Positions 24,001-30,000 of a DNA stretch of 32,000 nt are shown here, in pieces; position 1 is the first letter of the stretch; every line of letters starts with the position of its first letter. The notes beneath the pieces were generated by a model that saw nothing but the letters and a program-made list of their open reading frames with translations, did no database searches and was not told where the DNA came from. A program made the position numbers and the translations under genes. This DNA comes from Candidatus Omnitrophota bacterium (lineage in GTDB: Bacteria; Omnitrophota; Gorgyraeia; Zapsychrales; JANLHA01), in contig OY759724.1 of the NCBI GenBank assembly GCA_963662715.1, positions 1,170,001-1,202,000 of the forward strand, read 5' to 3'.

Positions 24001-27000
24001 GCAGTTGATCAAACTTCTCTATGACAGCCGTGACAATCTCGTCGCGCACCGGGCCAAACGCCATCACTCTGCTTCGGATATTCTTGCGGATTTGTCCCTT
24101 CGTCGGCCCGAACAGGCTCAGCTGATCTTCATCCTCTTCACCCTTCGCTATCGGGCTGGAGGAACCTGAAGAAGCTTTCTGCTGCTTAATATTCTCTTTT
24201 AAGAATTCTCTTATAATTCGTCGTGTTTGCTCATAAAAGACGACATTGGCGTGCGGATTCTCTCCTTCTTTAGGTAATATGATATATTCCTCTGGATTAC
24301 CCAATCCCCGTTTAAAGCCCTCAATAAATTCTTTTAAGGCGCGACCGGGTTCCTTATTTTCCAAGTCCGGAGAATGTATATCCTCTTCGACCATAATAGT
24401 CATCTTAGGACCTAAATAATCTCTCAAGGCATCAACTGTCTTCTCGCTGTATAAGTCTCGCATCAATTCCCCGTAAGGATTGTTATCCTTCATTAAGGCA
24501 TACCGGCCGCCGGAAAAGATATTACTGAAGAATGGATAGAACGGTAATAAATCAAAGCCCCTCTGTCGGCCGGCCAGTTCGGATCCAGCCAACGGCGTAG
24601 CAATCTCGAGGAAAGAGACGCCTTTGAACAAAGAGTGTCCTCTGTCTTTGTCGGTCTTAGCCGCCAACCTGAAGATAGTCCCGCCATTGGAATGCGTGAC
24701 AACTCCCCCAAGGCGGGCCGCAGGATTTCTTAACTGAAATTCCGTCCATTTTTCCGATAATTTTTGCATATTTTCTTTTACCGGCAGGAAGTAATCATAA
24801 AGGAAGAAGGCAATATTATATTTTCTTCTGAGCTCTTTGAAAGAAAGGGCAAAGGTATTAAACGCGCCCCGGCCATTGCCGTGGATAAAGAGGATCACCG
24901 GCCTGTTATCCACGGTTTCAAGGGTGTGGATATCGGACAGCCCTTCCAAAATACGCATAATTTCCTGTGATCTCGCATCATTCTTAGGCAATGTTTCTTT
25001 TAAAATCCGGGCAATATGGCCAATGACAATATCTTTACGTTCTGAAATTTCTATGTTTATTTGATTTAAGGCATCCTCGAAACCGGAACCCGATGTCGCC
25101 TTGTTGCTATCTTTAATCGCTTTTTCTAATGCGTTCATAAGCGGTGCAATAATTCCTTCGAACCCGATTTTAATTTGGCCATTTTCTGATAACGCTTCGC
25201 CTTCTTCCTTTAATAAACCTTCATTCTTTACAAGTGTTGCGAATGCTTTCTCTGGATTCCGGGCTAATGCCATCATCGTTGCCAACGCAATGATGAATTC
25301 CCGGCGAGTTATAGTTACCGGGGAGGAACTGGAAATATCTTTTCCGACCCCGGTCTCCACCTCTTCCTTCATCATATGGACAGTTCTTTGATTCTCTCCT
25401 CTGCGCTTAGAGCTTGATGCCGGTTTCCTGGCGATGACATATTCATGCTTATCGCTACGAAACGCCACTTCTTCATCCTTAAAACCCTTCTGTTTCATGA
25501 CAGTAACGAGCTTAGCGCCCATCAACCCGGGCGCTTGTCCTTTCAAGAAATCAGTAGTTGCTTTAACTATAATTATTCCATCAGCCTGCAGCACGAAATA
25601 AGATTGCTCAATAATTTTCTCTAAAACATCAACAAAGAAGAATGGATTAATCAACTCACCCTCTCCAGCGGTGGCTAAAGCCTCACCGTATCTACTGATT
25701 CGTGCGTCCCTAAGGACATATAACAGACTGTCATTATGGACAACGACTCCCAGGGTTCCTCCGTTAAATTCAGCTGACAAATCTGTCGCGTCGCCATAGA
25801 CTTGCGTGAGCACTGCCTTCTCCTCTATGTCGACTTTCTTTTGTCGTGCAACATCCAACATGAACATCCTCTTAAGACCACCGTCTATTAAGCCTTGGGA
25901 AGGATTACGATTTGACGATGCGGCAACATCGATGCCTATCCGGCCTCCTAAATGATATCTATGCGCAAGTTTTTCATATATTGTGCGTTCCTCATTAACA
26001 ACTATCTGAACCGGGGAACTGGCCGGGTCATCATCAATTTCAGGACGATCCATCCTTGAATGCACTCTGAATGCCGTCAGCATCGCTTCCGCCTGTTCCA
26101 GCGTCGCTGCGCCGAACCGGATCGCATTGATGCCGGCCATGCCGATCTTTTCGTTTTCTAAGAGTCCGAAGAACACATCCTGGACCTCTGGAGTCATTCG
26201 GCGGGTTGCTCTGCTTAAGACATACTTCACTAACCTGCGGACGCTTTCTTCTGCCTGTTCATATCCGGTCTCCCTGGCATATCCTATCAGGAAGTCGCCC
26301 ACATAATACTGATACCGGCGGTACTGCTGGAACACCACCACGTTCACCAGCGCCTTTAACGCCAGCTCAAGAGCTCCCTTCTGCTTGCTGAAATCGTTCT
26401 CCCTAAGGAACCCGGTCACCTCTTTTATCAACTCTTCCGCTTCACTTGACCGTTCAACCTGTTGGCGGCCATACGCGCTCTCCATCCGGTATCCTTTCGA
26501 TACAAACCGATCGGCCGGAGTGAACAGGTCCATCTCAGATTCCAGGGCCGCGTCCACCCGGACCACTCTCATATCCACCCTGCCTGACTTGAACACCCGC
26601 ACATCCACGACCATCCGGGACCGGTCTTCCGTGTCGATCCGCAATCTCTTCGCCTTCGGGGCATTATGGTAAATCGCCCACACCCGTACGGCCTTCATCG
26701 CGTCAAAATCATCCTGCGGATATCTGTTCTTCAGCCAGCCCCTCATATCCTCCGTGCGGTCTAACGTCATCTCATAACCCTGCATCCAGACAGTATCAAT
26801 ATCTGCCATACGAAGGTCTTTGCCCAGCCGTGCTTTATAAGCCGCCTGCAGTTGATCAAACTTCTCTATGACAGCCGTGACAATCTCGTCACGCACCGGA
26901 CCAAACGCCATCACTCTGCTTCGGATATCCTTGCGGATTTGTCCCTTCGTCGGCCCGAACAGGCTCAGCTGATCTTCATCTTCTTCGCCCTTCGCTATCG

Positions 27001-30000
27001 GTGAGGATGTCTGATCCTTAGACGCCTCCGCCCCCAGAGAGCGGACGGCCTCTTTCACATCCAACGTCATATCACTTCCGGCCAGATCGCGGATATCGGC
27101 TGCGCTTAATGTCTCACCCTGAATAATCCTTGACCGGTAGAGTGTCATCCAGCGGCGATGAACGGTCTTATCATTAAATGTAAAACCGAACTTCAGGTAG
27201 AAAACCACGGCACCTGAATCTAATGCATAGTCATTATCAATCTGTGACCGCATCAGATGAACCTGCTTCACGTCAAAATGACTGTGGATGCTCTTAATCA
27301 GGGCAGCAAACATGTCTTTGCTCTTTTGGCCTTCATGCCGGAATTCATCAAACAAGCGGTAGACAAGATGAGCGCCGTTTCTGTCCGTGATGACCGTGCC
27401 GTAGGCCAGGACCTGATCTTTTTCAACAACAGCAAGATAATAACCGCTGTCAATCCCCAAACGAGCCAGGAAGACAACCCGCACCCCATCCATAATTGGG
27501 CCGGCATAAACCTCATATTCATTCACATCGTCTGCCTGTCCTCCGCCGATCCAGACATCTTTTGCTTCAAAGGCTTCCTGCAGCCAGGCGGCATATAAAT
27601 GAGCTTCCTGCAATGTTGCTCTAAAAAGTCGTGTGGTTTCGGTCAGCTGTCTTACTTGCGGATAAAGGAGGTGTCCCGCACGAACCGGGGAACTGGACGG
27701 CGTTCTGCCGGATTCGGAATCCGGAGTCTTCATCGGAATAATAATGTCAAACCGGGCTCCCAGGATCTTCCCTGTCTGGCCTTTAATGTTCCGTGCTGTA
27801 ATCGTGCCGTCAAAACATTCCTCAATGATCTTACGGCTCAGGTATAAGCCTAACCCGTGGGCTTCGTCTTCTGCGAAACGCCGGCTGAACCATTCCTTGA
27901 AAATCAGGTTGATCAGGTCTTCTTCGCCGGCGAACGTGGCCCTTGCCTTGTTCCAGACATTCAGTTCAACGGCCTTGCTTCTGAGAATATCCGGCTGGAA
28001 TCCCTGTCCGTTATCCCTGAAGCTGATTTTTAAATAACCGTCTTCATAGCCCATGTCCATTTTCAGCCGGACTTTTAAGAAACCGATCCCGGCATGACTG
28101 TAAGCATTGCTGATCAAATTCTTCAGCACATAGAAGAGCCCGTCCTTATAAACCGGCATAAACACCTGCGGCGTCCCGGGATGAATGACCACCTCGATAC
28201 CTCCGGTCCGCATCCAGGTCCGCCCATGGAAATCATCCAATGCCAATGTCTCCAAAAGAATACCGTTACGGACGATATCGATTCTCCTGGCGAATTCTTC
28301 AATGCTTCGAGCAAAATTCTTCTTAACCAACGCCCATGTGTCCTGATGGTCCGCTATCTCTGCGAGGTTGATGCCCTGTTGCTTTCTGTAATCCTCAATT
28401 AAGTACTCCAACCCTTCACACATTTTCTGGATACTTTTAGCTTTTATCTCTGCCTGCGGTTTTTTCAGCAAGGCCGAGAAAGCCGCAAAAATAGCGTCAA
28501 TTCTCCTGTACAGGTCCAGATAGATCCTGACCAGGGCGAGGTTGTCCTCTTGTCCTTCATAATACATATCCAGAACCTGCAGGTTGCCTAATACGGCAAA
28601 CAGCAATGAACGTAAGTCATGCGTCAAGATGCCGAAGGACAGTAAAGCTCTTTGCTGAATATTAATACCCAATGACTGTCCGGTACGGACGGCCCGTTCT
28701 ATCTGATCTTTCTTAAACAGCAATTTATAATGATCCGGCTGATCTCTTCTCAGGACCCCTCTTCTGACCAGAAGATCGAGGGCCATGTTCAGAGCTCGGG
28801 TGCTCTTGATATCCAAGAGGCCCGGGGCTCCCTGAGTTGCGGCCAAATAGATAACCGGCGTCAGCTGACCATCCTGGGCAAAGGCGTAAAGTCCGCGTGT
28901 TTCCAGAATAGTTCTTAACACTTCTTCCTCGGCATGATCTTTCCAGGCTTCCACCGGAGAACTGGCCTTTTGAACCGTTAAGACTTCGGCGTTTAATTTC
29001 GTTGAAATGTTCATGGAAGCAGAAAATCCTAGGCTTTCCAGAGCAGGAATCGCCTCTCTTGAATTCTGATAATTGTGAATCACGACGGCATCCCGATTTA
29101 AGACCGGGTTAAGGCTCTTCATGTGTTCAAGATATTCCGCCTGCTTAAGATGTTTAAGGCCCATGAAGCTCACGATGAAATCAATCTGTTCCGGAGCGAA
29201 GTAATAAGGCAAGTTTTCTGCGACATCCAGAATAAACGTAATCGACGGGTGGAGGTTCTGCCACTTGACGGCCTGGCATTCATCCCCAAAGCCGAACAAT
29301 TGAATCCTCCCGAGATCTCCTTCTTCAAGCGTTCCCTGCCTGACCTGTTCTTCCAAATCTTTGGCTATTGTGTTTACGGCCACGCCTTCCCCTGTTCCCC
29401 AGCAAACATAAGTGACCTTTCTGTCCGGCACGGCGCTTCTCTTCACCCTGCGGACCCTCTCAACGATCATCCGTACGATATCGATACCAAATTCTCTGTT
29501 GATATCCACCAGCCTTGTGTCCGTAAATATCGACCTTCTGACTTCGGTAAAGCCGTCAAGCAGACCGGTCTGGCTGTTCAAATAAACACGGCCGTTATAG
29601 AAATAATCAATGTCTTTAATCTTATCAACAGGAAGCGTGGTCAGCAGTCTCGGTCCGGCCGGGAAGAAAGTTTCTTTGATCGACATCTCTTCTGATACGG
29701 ATCTGATAACACTGCCCGGCGCCATTTTGCGTATCGGGGAGGAACTGGTCTTGGGGCCGGATGACTCTGTCGTTGTTGGGCGCTCTTTGTTTTGCGATGT
29801 TCCGGCCCGTCCGCCGATATACTGGCCGATAATCGCTAAAGATTTCTCTATTTGCCCCCGGCCCCGTTCGACAACCTCATAAGCTCTTTGTCCTAACGCA
29901 TCCGCCAGATCATCATTTTCAAATACCCGGATCAGTTCACGCCCTAACTCCGAGGTTTTCTTCAATTGAATGATCGCATCGTGAGAGATAAAATCTCCCA

